NCBI GenBank assembly: GCA_045130665.1
Contig: JBGUQC010000004.1
Location: 434,283-498,282, forward strand
DNA length: 64,000 bases
DNA from: Christensenellales bacterium
GTDB taxonomy: Bacteria > Bacillota > Clostridia > Christensenellales > CAG-917
Reading direction: 5' to 3'
Below the pieces are notes generated by a model, which had not been told where the DNA came from, made no database searches, and worked only from the letters and a program-made list of their open reading frames with translations. Both the position numbers and the translations under genes were made by a program. Of this stretch, positions 8,574 through 17,681 are shown piece after piece; positions within the stretch are counted from its first letter, which is position 1; each line of letters starts with the position of its first letter.

Positions 8574-9953
8574 TTACAATGTATGTTTCATTTTTTCAGC
8601 TAATTCGTCTCTAGATCCAACTTGCATTTTCTTATAAACAGACGATCTATGTGTCTTAGCTGTATTCTCACTAATATATAATTTGTTGGCAATTTCTCTT
8701 AACGAAAGTCCCTCAATAAGTAAATCTGCAACTTCTATTTCCTTATCTGTAAGTCCTACACTTTCATATGCTTGTGCTTTTGTTATTGTAGTATCAAATT
8801 GTACATACTCCTCTTCTTGTGCAGTAAGAGATATACCATTGTTCCAAAAAACTGATGTTGCTAATACAACAATATCTCCAACGAGACATATGGATAACCA
8901 TACCTTTAATCCAACTTCACCTGAATAGAAGAATACTATCGTTGCGGCAACAGCAATAATCATACCCATTATATTAGATACAATAGGTGCAAGTTTTAAC
9001 ATTGGAGATTCTTTATATTTTCTAATTATATTACATAAAATGTAATAAAGATTCATCATACAAATATTAAATGTAGCTCCTGCAAATGCTGCAGCTAAAT
9101 ATTTAACACACGTTGCAATACCAACTAAATATGAAAATATAGCTATAACTGCAAATGTAAATCCTGTTAATAATGTGCTAGTTGCTGGTTTTGGCATAAA
9201 TCTATATTCAATGAAATAAATCATTGCACCTAATGCTGCGCCACCATAGAAAAAATACCTGGAATATTCTACATCACATGCTAGCTTTTCCATGATTATC
9301 ATGGAACTACATACTGCAACCACTCCACCAATGCAAGCCAAAACTAATGGGAAATATAATTTCTTTTGGAATGTTTCAACAACTGCAATCTGCCACTCTG
9401 TATCTTTCTTTTCAAAGAAACTAATTGCTGCAGCAACTACACTAAGTGCAAATATCAACCACCAGAACTCGGCTGAGAATCTATTAAAGATAATACTAAA
9501 TACACTAACACCTGCAACAAGTAAATGTGCAAGAACAATACCAAACAATCTTTCGGCATTATTCATCTCATAAATATATGTTAATAATGAGCAAACCGCG
9601 AGCTGTCCAAGTAAGACAGATAATATAACAAGATATGCAATACTTGTTCTAGCCTCAACAAAAATAGCTCCAAACATTATCATTACAGCGGAAATTACAC
9701 ATATTATTCTCTTTGGTATTTCAAGTGTATGACGTCTTAAAACTGCAAATCCAACAACAATACTAGCAAGCAATGCAATGTGTTGGTATAAAGTAATCAT
9801 AGAAAACTCAAAGCTGATAATGCCATCTTCATAGATAAAGTACTTGGTAGCTACCATAAAAACGAAGGTATATAAGAGCATCCAATAGACAACATTTGCC
9901 CATTTAGTCTTTCTTACATTCTTTAAAAAACCAGCTTTATTTTCTTGTGTCAT
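8574..9953 (-). CDS. polytopic-membrane LuxR/GerE-family transcriptional regulator
   Basis: About 10-12 hydrophobic segments precede a C-terminal HTH: LTDKEIEVADLLIEGLSLREIANKLYISENTAKTHRSSVYKKMQV. The start is set at ATG 9953 (MTQENK); the track start at 10004 is a TTG lying almost on the TATAAT-like -10. Confidence 0.75.
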   Translation of the reverse strand: MTQENKAGFLKNVRKTKWANVVYWMLLYTFVFMVATKYFIYEDGIISFEFSMITLYQHIALLASIVVGFAVLRRHTLEIPKRIICVISAVMIMFGAIFVEARTSIAYLVILSVLLGQLAVCSLLTYIYEMNNAERLFGIVLAHLLVAGVSVFSIIFNRFSAEFWWLIFALSVVAAAISFFEKKDTEWQIAVVETFQKKLYFPLVLACIGGVVAVCSSMIIMEKLACDVEYSRYFFYGGAALGAMIYFIEYRFMPKPATSTLLTGFTFAVIAIFSYLVGIATCVKYLAAAFAGATFNICMMNLYYILCNIIRKYKESPMLKLAPIVSNIMGMIIAVAATIVFFYSGEVGLKVWLSICLVGDIVVLATSVFWNNGISLTAQEEEYVQFDTTITKAQAYESVGLTDKEIEVADLLIEGLSLREIANKLYISENTAKTHRSSVYKKMQVGSRDELAEKMKHTL

Positions 9954-10042
9954 AAAAAATCTCAATTTTTTAAGTATAAAAAAAGCATAGCACTTGCAGC
10001 ACAAAAATTCAAGTCATATATTATATAGGTTATTTTTTTGCT

Positions 10043-10077
10043 TTAAAAAATAAGCCCCTGAAAATCTTCAAGGGCTT
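10043..10077 (-). terminator. rho-independent terminator after the M28 peptidase gene
   Basis: Minus strand reads AAGCCCtTGAAgattTTCAgGGGCTT followed by ATTTTTT. Confidence 0.7.
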
Positions 10078-10098
10078 AGTTTTCGATATTCTAATTGG

Positions 10099-11328
10099 CT
10101 ATTCTTCTGAATATTTGTGGTCCCAAGCATTTAAGAAAGCAACTGTTGCAGCATAACAATTTTCTAATCCTTGTTCATCTAAATTATCAAAGCTATCTAA
10201 TCTTGTGTGGTAGTATCTCTCCAGTGTATGAGCAAGACCTGTAACGCCTACACTTCTAAATCCACCTTGGGTAAATGCTGCACAATCTGTTGCACCAAAT
10301 GGAACAGTACCTACACCACATGGAACATCTATATCTTTACATGCTTGTAAGAATAACTCAGATCCTTCCTTATCTGCTGGAACTAATCCGTTTAAATCTC
10401 TTGTATTAATCTGTAAACATGCTGGGTCATGGATTGTATCATAAGATACAATAATTGTTGGAACATCTTCATATTCACCTTTGTGTTGTTTTGCCCATGC
10501 TTTGCCACCTCTTAATCCAGCTTCTTCTGAACCAGAAATAATTACACCAACTTCTGTATGTTCTAATTCAATATTGTTTTCTTTTAATGCTTTCAGAAGT
10601 GCAATACCCATATAACATCCTGTTAGGTTATCATTTGCACCATCTACAATTGTCTTTGTATCTGAAAGGAAATATGTAATAAAGAATACAGGTACAAATA
10701 TTAAACCGACACATGGAAGAATTAATGTTATTCCATTTGGTAAACCTGCACCAACACCACCTAATACAACCCACTTATATATTGCAGTGGCAAATATATA
10801 AAGAGTTCCTATTACGTCTACCATTACTTGGCCAATGAATACTCTTCCACCACAATGATAGTTTGTAGACCATTCCCATACTGCATCTGGATGACCATTA
10901 AAGAATACTCTTGCCTTTACCTCACCTTTACATTTTTTAATTGCTGTAACATTGTGAGATGTCTTTTCTTTGTACAATGGATCTAATGCTGTTGTATAAA
11001 AAATAAATTGTAAGAACATTGGAATGAAACCAACAACTAGTAAAACAATAGATACCAAAGATGTAAAGAATGCAGCAACTGCAGCTAAAATAAAGCATGT
11101 CATGGAAATATATATCCAGCCCATGAATGATGCAGGATATACCTTAAATGGCTCTATGTTTGCATCAGCACCATATCCCCTCATTTGTTCAGCCATATAC
11201 TCACATGCCAACTTTTCTCCTTCACTTCCTGGATCTCTTTTGCCCATAGTTGTACATATGTGCTTAATTTCATCCATCATGAATCTTGTACTTGCTTTTC
11301 GTTGTTCTAATAACTTCTTTGTTTCCAT
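10099..11328 (-). CDS. membrane-associated M28-family metallopeptidase (aminopeptidase-like)
   Basis: 409 aa. It contains PGSEGEKLACEYMAEQMRGYG, internal hydrophobic segments, NDNLTGC and SGSEEAGLRG, typical of M28 Zn peptidases. SD is AAGGTGG. Confidence 0.6.
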   Translation of the reverse strand: METKKLLEQRKASTRFMMDEIKHICTTMGKRDPGSEGEKLACEYMAEQMRGYGADANIEPFKVYPASFMGWIYISMTCFILAAVAAFFTSLVSIVLLVVGFIPMFLQFIFYTTALDPLYKEKTSHNVTAIKKCKGEVKARVFFNGHPDAVWEWSTNYHCGGRVFIGQVMVDVIGTLYIFATAIYKWVVLGGVGAGLPNGITLILPCVGLIFVPVFFITYFLSDTKTIVDGANDNLTGCYMGIALLKALKENNIELEHTEVGVIISGSEEAGLRGGKAWAKQHKGEYEDVPTIIVSYDTIHDPACLQINTRDLNGLVPADKEGSELFLQACKDIDVPCGVGTVPFGATDCAAFTQGGFRSVGVTGLAHTLERYYHTRLDSFDNLDEQGLENCYAATVAFLNAWDHKYSEE

Positions 11329-11336
11329 ATCCCACC

Positions 11337-11759
11337 TTATGCATTAAGATTTTTACACATTATTTGAAGCAATAATCTTAAAACGTTTGCTTCATCCTCC
11401 GTAAACCCATAAAAGGCTCTTTCAAAGAACTCTGCCTTATATACTTCAATATCTGATGCAAGTTTCTCCCCTTCTTCTGTTAAGGAAAGAGTTTGTTCTC
11501 TCTTGTCTTTGCCATCTACTTTAATTTCAATAAAGCCCTTACTCTTTAAAAGCTTTACACTTCTAGAAATTAATGCTTTAGATACGTTTGCAATAATTGC
11601 AATCTCGCTAGCCTTGGATGTTTTTTTTAAAGTTGTTAAAACCACTATCTCATTTGGAGATAATGCATACTTGCTTACTTTTTTTGTAAGGAATTCATTA
11701 TATGAATTCAATAGCTTACGATACATGAAAAAATAATTATTTGAGTTCTTTGCGTCCAT
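11337..11759 (-). CDS. MarR-family transcriptional regulator
   Basis: 140 aa with a winged-helix core: LSPNEIVVLTTL...ASEIAIIANVSKALISRSVKLLKSKGFI...DKREQTLSLTEEG. It is directly upstream of the peptidase gene in a probable operon. Confidence 0.75.
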   Translation of the reverse strand: MDAKNSNNYFFMYRKLLNSYNEFLTKKVSKYALSPNEIVVLTTLKKTSKASEIAIIANVSKALISRSVKLLKSKGFIEIKVDGKDKREQTLSLTEEGEKLASDIEVYKAEFFERAFYGFTEDEANVLRLLLQIMCKNLNA

Positions 11760-11825
11760 AGTACAATACTAAACCTTTTTTTATGGATTATCAATATAAA
11801 AGTTAACAATTTAACAAATTTTTAG

Positions 11826-11853
11826 GTAAAAATATATGCCCTCATGGGGCATA
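11826..11853 (-). terminator. rho-independent terminator after the flavoprotein gene
   Basis: Minus strand reads TATGCCC-catga-GGGCATA followed by TATTTTT. Confidence 0.6.
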
Positions 11854-11860
11854 CATCTTA

Positions 11861-13054
11861 TTAAAGTCTATTTAATGTTAATGCTACAGCATGTGCAGAT
11901 GCCCAAGCCCAGTGCAAGTTAAATCCTCCACTGTCTCCGTCTATATCTAACACTTCACCAATTGCATATAAGCCTTTTTGCTTTAAAGATTGTAAGGTCT
12001 CATCAAACTCGTTAATGTTTAATCCACCAGATGTGCATTGTGCTAAAGATATGTCTCCTAATCCTTCAATCTTAATTGGATAAGACTTAATAACCTTTGC
12101 AATAGCATTTACTCTTTCTGGTGCCATTTGATCCTCTGTAGACTTGGATGCAACAATTAATCTTGCAGCAACTTTGGAATGAAACATTCCAAGTAAGAGT
12201 TCGCCAACTGTTACATTACCTCTCTTATTTAAGATTCCCTCTACTTCAGATAATGAGTACTCTGGCATGAAGTCTATTAAAATATTTGCACCTTCTCTTG
12301 TAACGCCACGAGAGATTTCATTAGACATGTTGAATACTGCAATTCCAGATAGACCAAAGTCTTTGAAAAGTATTTCGCCAACTTCATATCTGTATCCTAT
12401 ACGGATACCACCCTTAACTCTTACACCAGATAATCCTTTAATGGATTCCTTGTCTGTCTTAATAGGAACTAGAGATGGTTGTATTGGTTTTACTGTGTGT
12501 CCAAATGCTGTATATAAATCTAAACTACTACGTCCAAATGTTGCAGTAGAGCCTGTTGCAAGAACAACATTATCTGCTTGATATTCAAAGGATTTATTAT
12601 TTTCGTTTTCATCTTTATATACACCTGAAACAGTAAATCCATCTGGACCGTAATTAATGATCTTTGCATAGTGTCCAGTCTTAATATCTACGCCATTCTT
12701 TTGAACTGCTAAACGTAATACATCTAATACATTAGATGAACACTCTGAATATGGGTATACTCTTTCATCTATAACTTTAGTTAAAAGACCCATTTGTTCA
12801 AAAGCACGAATTACATCGTGTGCATCATAGTTGTCTATAAATTGCTCTACATAAGATGGGTGGTTGTAATGGATAGTCTTCATATCTAAGTTTGTTAGAT
12901 TGCATTTACCATTACCTGTTGCTAGTAATTTCTTACCAACTCTGTCATTAGACTCTATAATTAGAGTCTTTTTAATTGGAGAAAGCTGGGATGCTAGGAA
13001 TAAACCAGCAGCTCCACCACCTATAATAATAATGTCATATCTTGCGTTACTCAT
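11861..13054 (-). CDS. HI0933/YhiN-like NAD(P)/FAD-dependent oxidoreductase
   Basis: 397 aa. The N-terminal dinucleotide fold is YDIIIIGGGAAGLFLA, followed by GKKLLATGNGKCNLTN, with C-terminal GEVLDIDGDSGGFNLHWAWASA typical of this family. Confidence 0.7.
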   Translation of the reverse strand: MSNARYDIIIIGGGAAGLFLASQLSPIKKTLIIESNDRVGKKLLATGNGKCNLTNLDMKTIHYNHPSYVEQFIDNYDAHDVIRAFEQMGLLTKVIDERVYPYSECSSNVLDVLRLAVQKNGVDIKTGHYAKIINYGPDGFTVSGVYKDENENNKSFEYQADNVVLATGSTATFGRSSLDLYTAFGHTVKPIQPSLVPIKTDKESIKGLSGVRVKGGIRIGYRYEVGEILFKDFGLSGIAVFNMSNEISRGVTREGANILIDFMPEYSLSEVEGILNKRGNVTVGELLLGMFHSKVAARLIVASKSTEDQMAPERVNAIAKVIKSYPIKIEGLGDISLAQCTSGGLNINEFDETLQSLKQKGLYAIGEVLDIDGDSGGFNLHWAWASAHAVALTLNRL

Positions 13055-13168
13055 AAGAAATATTTTACCATCCGTATACTCATTTTACAAATAATAATAC
13101 TATTTTATTTGTTTACTAATTTGAATATATTGTATAATCATTAAAAATCGATTAAATGGAGAAAAGCA

Positions 13169-14299
13169 ATGGGAAAAATAGTTTACGTTGGCGCATATGA
13201 TACAACCTTAGACAAATTTGAAAGTCAATATGAAGTTCCAAATGGTATAACATACAATAGCTATGTCATTATAGACGAAAAAATCGCTGTTTTAGACACT
13301 ATAGACAAAAGAAAAGGAGATGAATGGTTTGCTAACCTAGATAAAGCATTTGAAGGAAGAAAACCAGATTACCTCATTGTCTCACATATGGAACCAGATC
13401 ATTCTGCAAATATTGAAGCACTTGCAAACAAATATCCAGAAATGAAACTAGTTGCATCTAAACAAGCTGTCCCAATGCTTAAGAACTTCACATCTTCAGA
13501 TATAGATGCAAGAACAATAGTTGCAAACGAGGGAGATACATTATCTCTCGGCGAACATACACTAACCTTCATTATGGCTCCATTAGTTCACTGGCCAGAA
13601 GTTATGGTTGAATATGAGAGCAAAACAAAGACTTTGTTTGCAGCAGATGGGTTCGGAAGATTTGGAGATTTCAATGAGGATTCACCTTGGGAAGACGAGG
13701 CAAGAAGATATTATTTCAATATTGTAGGTAAATATGGTGTACAAACTGCTAACCTTCTTAAAAAAGCAGCTACATTAGATATTGCAAGAATTTGCCCACT
13801 CCATGGACCAATCTTAACAAAAGACTTAGGAAAATACATTAACCTTTATGCAAAGTGGTCTTCATATGAACCAGAGTGCCTAGACAAAGTAACCATTGTT
13901 TCGGCATCTATTCATGGAAATTCATATAAAGCAGCAAAGTATCTTGCAGACAAGTTAGGAGATAGAGCTGAGTTAATAGATATAACAAGAACAGAATACT
14001 CTTATGCACTCTCCTCTGCTTTCAAGAATGGAACACTAGTATTATTCTGTGCAACATATAACCTCGAGATGTTCTCACCTATGGCAGACTTCTTAGAGAG
14101 ATTACATAACAAGACATTTAGAAAGCGTAGAGTTGCACTTATTGAAAATGGTAGTTGGGCACCAATGGCTGCAAAGAAAATGATGGAGAGCTTATCTACT
14201 TTAAAGGATATTGAAATCATAGCAGACCCAATTACAATCCCAAGTACAGCAAAGGCAGATACTCTTGCAAAATTAGATGATTTAGCAACAAAACTATAA
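13169..14299 (+). CDS. flavodiiron protein (FprA-type A flavoprotein: metallo-beta-lactamase-like plus flavodoxin-like domains)
   Basis: 376 aa. The di-iron motif is SHMEPDHS (HxExDH), and the C-terminal flavodoxin-like domain reads VTIVSASIHGNSYKAAKYLA. Confidence 0.75.
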   Translation: MGKIVYVGAYDTTLDKFESQYEVPNGITYNSYVIIDEKIAVLDTIDKRKGDEWFANLDKAFEGRKPDYLIVSHMEPDHSANIEALANKYPEMKLVASKQAVPMLKNFTSSDIDARTIVANEGDTLSLGEHTLTFIMAPLVHWPEVMVEYESKTKTLFAADGFGRFGDFNEDSPWEDEARRYYFNIVGKYGVQTANLLKKAATLDIARICPLHGPILTKDLGKYINLYAKWSSYEPECLDKVTIVSASIHGNSYKAAKYLADKLGDRAELIDITRTEYSYALSSAFKNGTLVLFCATYNLEMFSPMADFLERLHNKTFRKRRVALIENGSWAPMAAKKMMESLSTLKDIEIIADPITIPSTAKADTLAKLDDLATKL

Positions 14300-14361
14300 T
14301 TCCAATTAAATTAATAATTAAGGATCCAGGATTTTTCTTGGAACTTTTTTTTATTTTTTGC

Positions 14362-14389
14362 TTGACTTTTAAAATAGATTGTATATAAT
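14362..14389 (+). promoter_or_regulatory. sigma-A-type promoter of the gpx-TSCPD-ohrR operon
   Basis: TTGACT (14362-14367), a 16-nt spacer, then TATAAT (14384-14389). The start codon is 38 nt downstream. Confidence 0.55.
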
Positions 14390-14398
14390 TTAATTGTA
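14384..14398. promoter_or_regulatory. OhrR-type operator candidate overlapping the -10 element
   Basis: TATAATT-t-AATTGTA is an inverted repeat one mismatch from the TACAATT/AATTGTA half-sites described for Bacillus OhrR. A further AATTGTAttcAATT follows. Confidence 0.4.
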
Positions 14399-14426
14399 TT
14401 CAATTTAATTTTCGGAGGTAAGAAAA

Positions 14427-14900
14427 ATGTCAGTGTATGATTTCGTAATGAGAGATGCTCAAGGCAATGATGTAAATCTTGCAGATTATAAAGGTAAAGT
14501 TTTACTAATAGTAAATACAGCAACTGGATGTGGATTTACACCACAATATGAAGGACTTGAAGAATTATATGAGAAATATAAAGACCAAGGCTTTGAAATT
14601 TTAGATTTCCCATGCAACCAATTTGCAGGACAAGCACCAGGAACAGATGAAGAAATCGTTTCAGAGTGCAAAATGCGTTTCAATGTTTCATTCAAACAAT
14701 TCTCAAAAATTGAAGTAAACGGAGACAATGCAGCACCATTATATAAATACTTAAAAGAAGAACAAAAAGGTGCTATGGGCAGCAGAATTAAATGGAACTT
14801 CACAAAGTTCTTAGTAACAAGAGATGGACAAGTGATTGCTAGATTCTCACCTATTGTAACACCAGAAAAAATGGAAGAAGATATCGTAAAACTTTTGTAA
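14427..14900 (+). CDS. glutathione peroxidase family protein (Cys type)
   Basis: 157 aa with NTATGCGFTPQY, FPCNQFAGQAPG and WNFTKFLV, the three GPx signature blocks. The active-site residue is a TGT Cys, not TGA. SD is GGAGG. Confidence 0.9.
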   Translation: MSVYDFVMRDAQGNDVNLADYKGKVLLIVNTATGCGFTPQYEGLEELYEKYKDQGFEILDFPCNQFAGQAPGTDEEIVSECKMRFNVSFKQFSKIEVNGDNAAPLYKYLKEEQKGAMGSRIKWNFTKFLVTRDGQVIARFSPIVTPEKMEEDIVKLL

Positions 14901-14912
14901 TAGAGGTGCAAT

Positions 14913-15167
14913 ATGAGATACGTATATGAACCAGAAGGAATATGTGCAATGCAAATAGAATTTGATTTGGATGGAGATAAAGTAAGTAACATCCAATTCT
15001 ATGGCGGTTGCAATGGCAATTTAAAAGCAATATCCAAATTAGTAAATGGATGGAGCGTAGATCAAATAGAAGGTGCATTAAAAGGTAACACATGTGGTAG
15101 AAAACCAACATCATGTGCTGACCAACTTGCAATAGCAGTCAGAGAAGCTTACGAGGCTAATAAATAA
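14913..15167 (+). CDS. small TSCPD-domain protein (TIGR03905-like)
   Basis: 84 aa with IQFYGGCNGNLKAISKLVNG...GNTCGRKPTSCADQLA. This is the typical short Cys-containing TSCPD family member. Confidence 0.55.
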   Translation: MRYVYEPEGICAMQIEFDLDGDKVSNIQFYGGCNGNLKAISKLVNGWSVDQIEGALKGNTCGRKPTSCADQLAIAVREAYEANK

Positions 15168-15169
15168 TT

Positions 15170-15598
15170 ATGAATAATAAATACGATTGCATTAGATTAG
15201 AAAAACAACTATGTTTCCCTCTATATGCTGCATCTAGAGAGGTAATTAAACGTTACACTCCTTATTTGCAAAAGATAGACTTAACATATACTCAGTATGT
15301 TGCCATGATGGTATTATGGGCAGACAAGAAAACAACTGTTAAAGACTTAGGTGACAAACTATTTTTAGATAGCGGAACATTAACACCACTACTAAAGAGT
15401 CTTGAAACAAAAGGTCTAGTTACTAGATCTAGAAGCAAAGACGATGAAAGAGTTTTAATAGTTGAAATAACCAACAAAGGTGAGGCATTAAAAGACGAGG
15501 CTATTGGCATTCCAAAGGCAATGATGGGTTGCATGCAATTGACCGAAGATGAGGCTACAACTTTATACAAGCTACTATATAAATTGTTGAAAAACTAA
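15170..15598 (+). CDS. ohrR: MarR-family peroxide-sensing repressor, OhrR-like
   Basis: 142 aa. The N-terminal LEKQLCFPLYAASREV carries the conserved sensing Cys, and a MarR wHTH lies in the centre. Confidence 0.65.
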   Translation: MNNKYDCIRLEKQLCFPLYAASREVIKRYTPYLQKIDLTYTQYVAMMVLWADKKTTVKDLGDKLFLDSGTLTPLLKSLETKGLVTRSRSKDDERVLIVEITNKGEALKDEAIGIPKAMMGCMQLTEDEATTLYKLLYKLLKN

Positions 15599-15627
15599 TT
15601 GAAAAATTAAGTTTAACAAGCAAAATT

Positions 15628-15650
15628 GGACTTTAAAAGTCCTTTTTTGT
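15628..15650. terminator. bidirectional terminator between convergent operons
   Basis: GGACTTTTAAAAGTCC perfect palindrome followed by TTTTTTG, with an A-rich stretch on the other side. Confidence 0.65.
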
Positions 15651-15652
15651 TT

Positions 15653-16555
15653 TTATTCGGATAAAAATTCTAGAATATCATTGTTTGTTTTATCGCCTTC
15701 ATCATACAAGAATATATGCCCTGAATTCTCATATGTTATAAACTGTGCATGAGGACAAACTTCTTTCATTCTATCTATCTGATAATAAGGCATTGTCTTA
15801 TCAATCGTTCCCCAAATAACTAACATAGGAAGCTTATCTTCTGCAACCTTTCTATATCCTGCCATAGCAAGATCGGTTCTTAATATAGTATGTCTTAAAG
15901 AAGATAATGTCGCCTTTAAAAAACCTTTATATTGTATAGGACCAGCAAAGCTTCTTTGGTAATAATCCCTCTCTTCATCTGAAACATAATATAGTTCGGA
16001 TGTTGTTTTCTTTAGGAGCATTGGACCTGCTATATTATAAAATACCAACTCCCCTATTCCTGGACAATTTGCAACCTTCATATAGAATGGTGCTTTAAAT
16101 GTATCCATACCAGCAGGAGCTAATAGAATTAACTTTTTAACCTTTTCTGGATGATTCTTGTAAAAAGTTGTAGTAATAATACCGCCCATGGATGTTCCAA
16201 CGAGATAGAACTTCTCTTCTCCAAATAAAGCATTTGTTAAATCATCTAGTTGTCTAGCAAATAATTCTGCATTGTACTCTTCGTTTACTCTTTCAGAATA
16301 TCCTCTTCCGAGCAAATCATATCTTAATACCTTGTAACCCTTAGAAACTAGACACTCAAAAATTTTGTCATAGATATAATAAGGTGTTGCATAGCCGTGT
16401 GTTAAAACAACTAGCTCCCCTTCACCTTTTACTTCATAGTGTGTATTACCTGAAGGAAGGCTTATAAAAGAACCTTCTAACTTGGAACGTTCTTCATCTG
16501 TTAATATCTTCTTTTCCGCTTGTTTTAAAGCTAATTTTATTTCGTCTTTAGTCAT
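15653..16555 (-). CDS. alpha/beta-fold hydrolase
   Basis: 300 aa with nucleophile elbow LVGTSMGG, HG oxyanion motif VVLTHGY, and a C-terminal His region NSGHIF. Confidence 0.7.
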   Translation of the reverse strand: MTKDEIKLALKQAEKKILTDEERSKLEGSFISLPSGNTHYEVKGEGELVVLTHGYATPYYIYDKIFECLVSKGYKVLRYDLLGRGYSERVNEEYNAELFARQLDDLTNALFGEEKFYLVGTSMGGIITTTFYKNHPEKVKKLILLAPAGMDTFKAPFYMKVANCPGIGELVFYNIAGPMLLKKTTSELYYVSDEERDYYQRSFAGPIQYKGFLKATLSSLRHTILRTDLAMAGYRKVAEDKLPMLVIWGTIDKTMPYYQIDRMKEVCPHAQFITYENSGHIFLYDEGDKTNNDILEFLSE

Positions 16556-16559
16556 GTTG

Positions 16560-17681
16560 TTACCTTAAAAAAATTTTTTCAATCAATTCTTTAGCACACT
16601 CTTTTGCATATTTATCTGCGTTTTTCATTGAGTCTTCTAGATCTTTTGCCTTATCTGCAAGCAATGAAACACCCTTTATTCCAATTGCTTTTAGTTCTCT
16701 TTCACTTAATCTACTGCCACCTGCAATTAGATATACAGGGATATTATATATATTTGCTCTGTTAATAACTCCAGATATTGCTTTGCCATGAATAGATTGT
16801 GCATCTATGCATCCCTCACCTGTAACAATAGCATCTGTATCCTTTAAATAGTCATTGAAATTAACTAAATCTAAGACAGTATCTATTCCAGACCTTATTT
16901 CTGCATTTAAAAATGCCATTAATCCTGTTGATATACCGCCAGCAGCTCCCGCACCTTTCTTATCATGGAAACGCATGCCAAATTGCTTCTCTATAACGTT
17001 AGCATAGTTAACCATACCTTTTTCAAGAGATACAGCAACATCGCCTACAGCACCCTTTTGCTTGCCGTAAAATAGAGTTGCGCCTCTTTTTCCAACCAAA
17101 GGATTGTCTACATCTGCAATGATCGTGAACTTGATGCCTTTAGTATTCACTGCATTTTTAGTATAAATTGAAACAATGTTCTTTAAATTATCTCCAATAG
17201 GTTTTAGTTTATTACCTTCTTTATCTAAGAATTCATATCCTAGTGCTGAAAGTGCGCCTATACCGCCATCGTTTGTTGCACTACCACCAACTGTAATATA
17301 AATGTTCTTACAACCACTTTTAATAGCATCTAATATAAGCTCACCAGTGCCATATGAAGAAGTAATTGCTGCATTGCCATCTTTATATGGTATTAATGTT
17401 AGTCCAGATGCCTGCGCCATCTCTATAATTGCAGTATTTTCATTAATTAAATATTTAGCTGTAATAGGTGAAAATAGTGGGTTAGAACACTCCTTTTCTT
17501 TAAATGTATATGCTCCGGTTGAGTATATAGCATCTAATGTGCCTTCACCACCATCTGCAATAGGAATAGATGTAATTAAAACATCTTTGTAATCTTTTGA
17601 AACATCCTTGAAAATATCTCCAATTTGCTTGGAAGATAAAGATCCCTTGAATGAATCTGAACTAACTAGAATTTTTGGCAT
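16560..17681 (-). CDS. glxK: glycerate kinase
   Basis: 373 aa. It has the N-terminal ILVSSDSFKGSLSS, PIADGGEGT, and C-terminal VTGEGCIDAQSIHGKA. Confidence 0.85.
   Translation of the reverse strand: MPKILVSSDSFKGSLSSKQIGDIFKDVSKDYKDVLITSIPIADGGEGTLDAIYSTGAYTFKEKECSNPLFSPITAKYLINENTAIIEMAQASGLTLIPYKDGNAAITSSYGTGELILDAIKSGCKNIYITVGGSATNDGGIGALSALGYEFLDKEGNKLKPIGDNLKNIVSIYTKNAVNTKGIKFTIIADVDNPLVGKRGATLFYGKQKGAVGDVAVSLEKGMVNYANVIEKQFGMRFHDKKGAGAAGGISTGLMAFLNAEIRSGIDTVLDLVNFNDYLKDTDAIVTGEGCIDAQSIHGKAISGVINRANIYNIPVYLIAGGSRLSERELKAIGIKGVSLLADKAKDLEDSMKNADKYAKECAKELIEKIFLR

Noticed and set aside
9954-10004. TTG start at 10004 for the LuxR-type regulator
   Set aside because: It adds an implausible Cys/Phe-rich leader (MCCKCYAFF...) and sits almost on the TATAAT-like -10. 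ATG 9953 gives a normal N-terminus.
14427-14900. Selenocysteine-type glutathione peroxidase
   Set aside because: The active-site codon is TGT (Cys) in NTATGCGFT. There is no in-frame TGA or SECIS-like hairpin.
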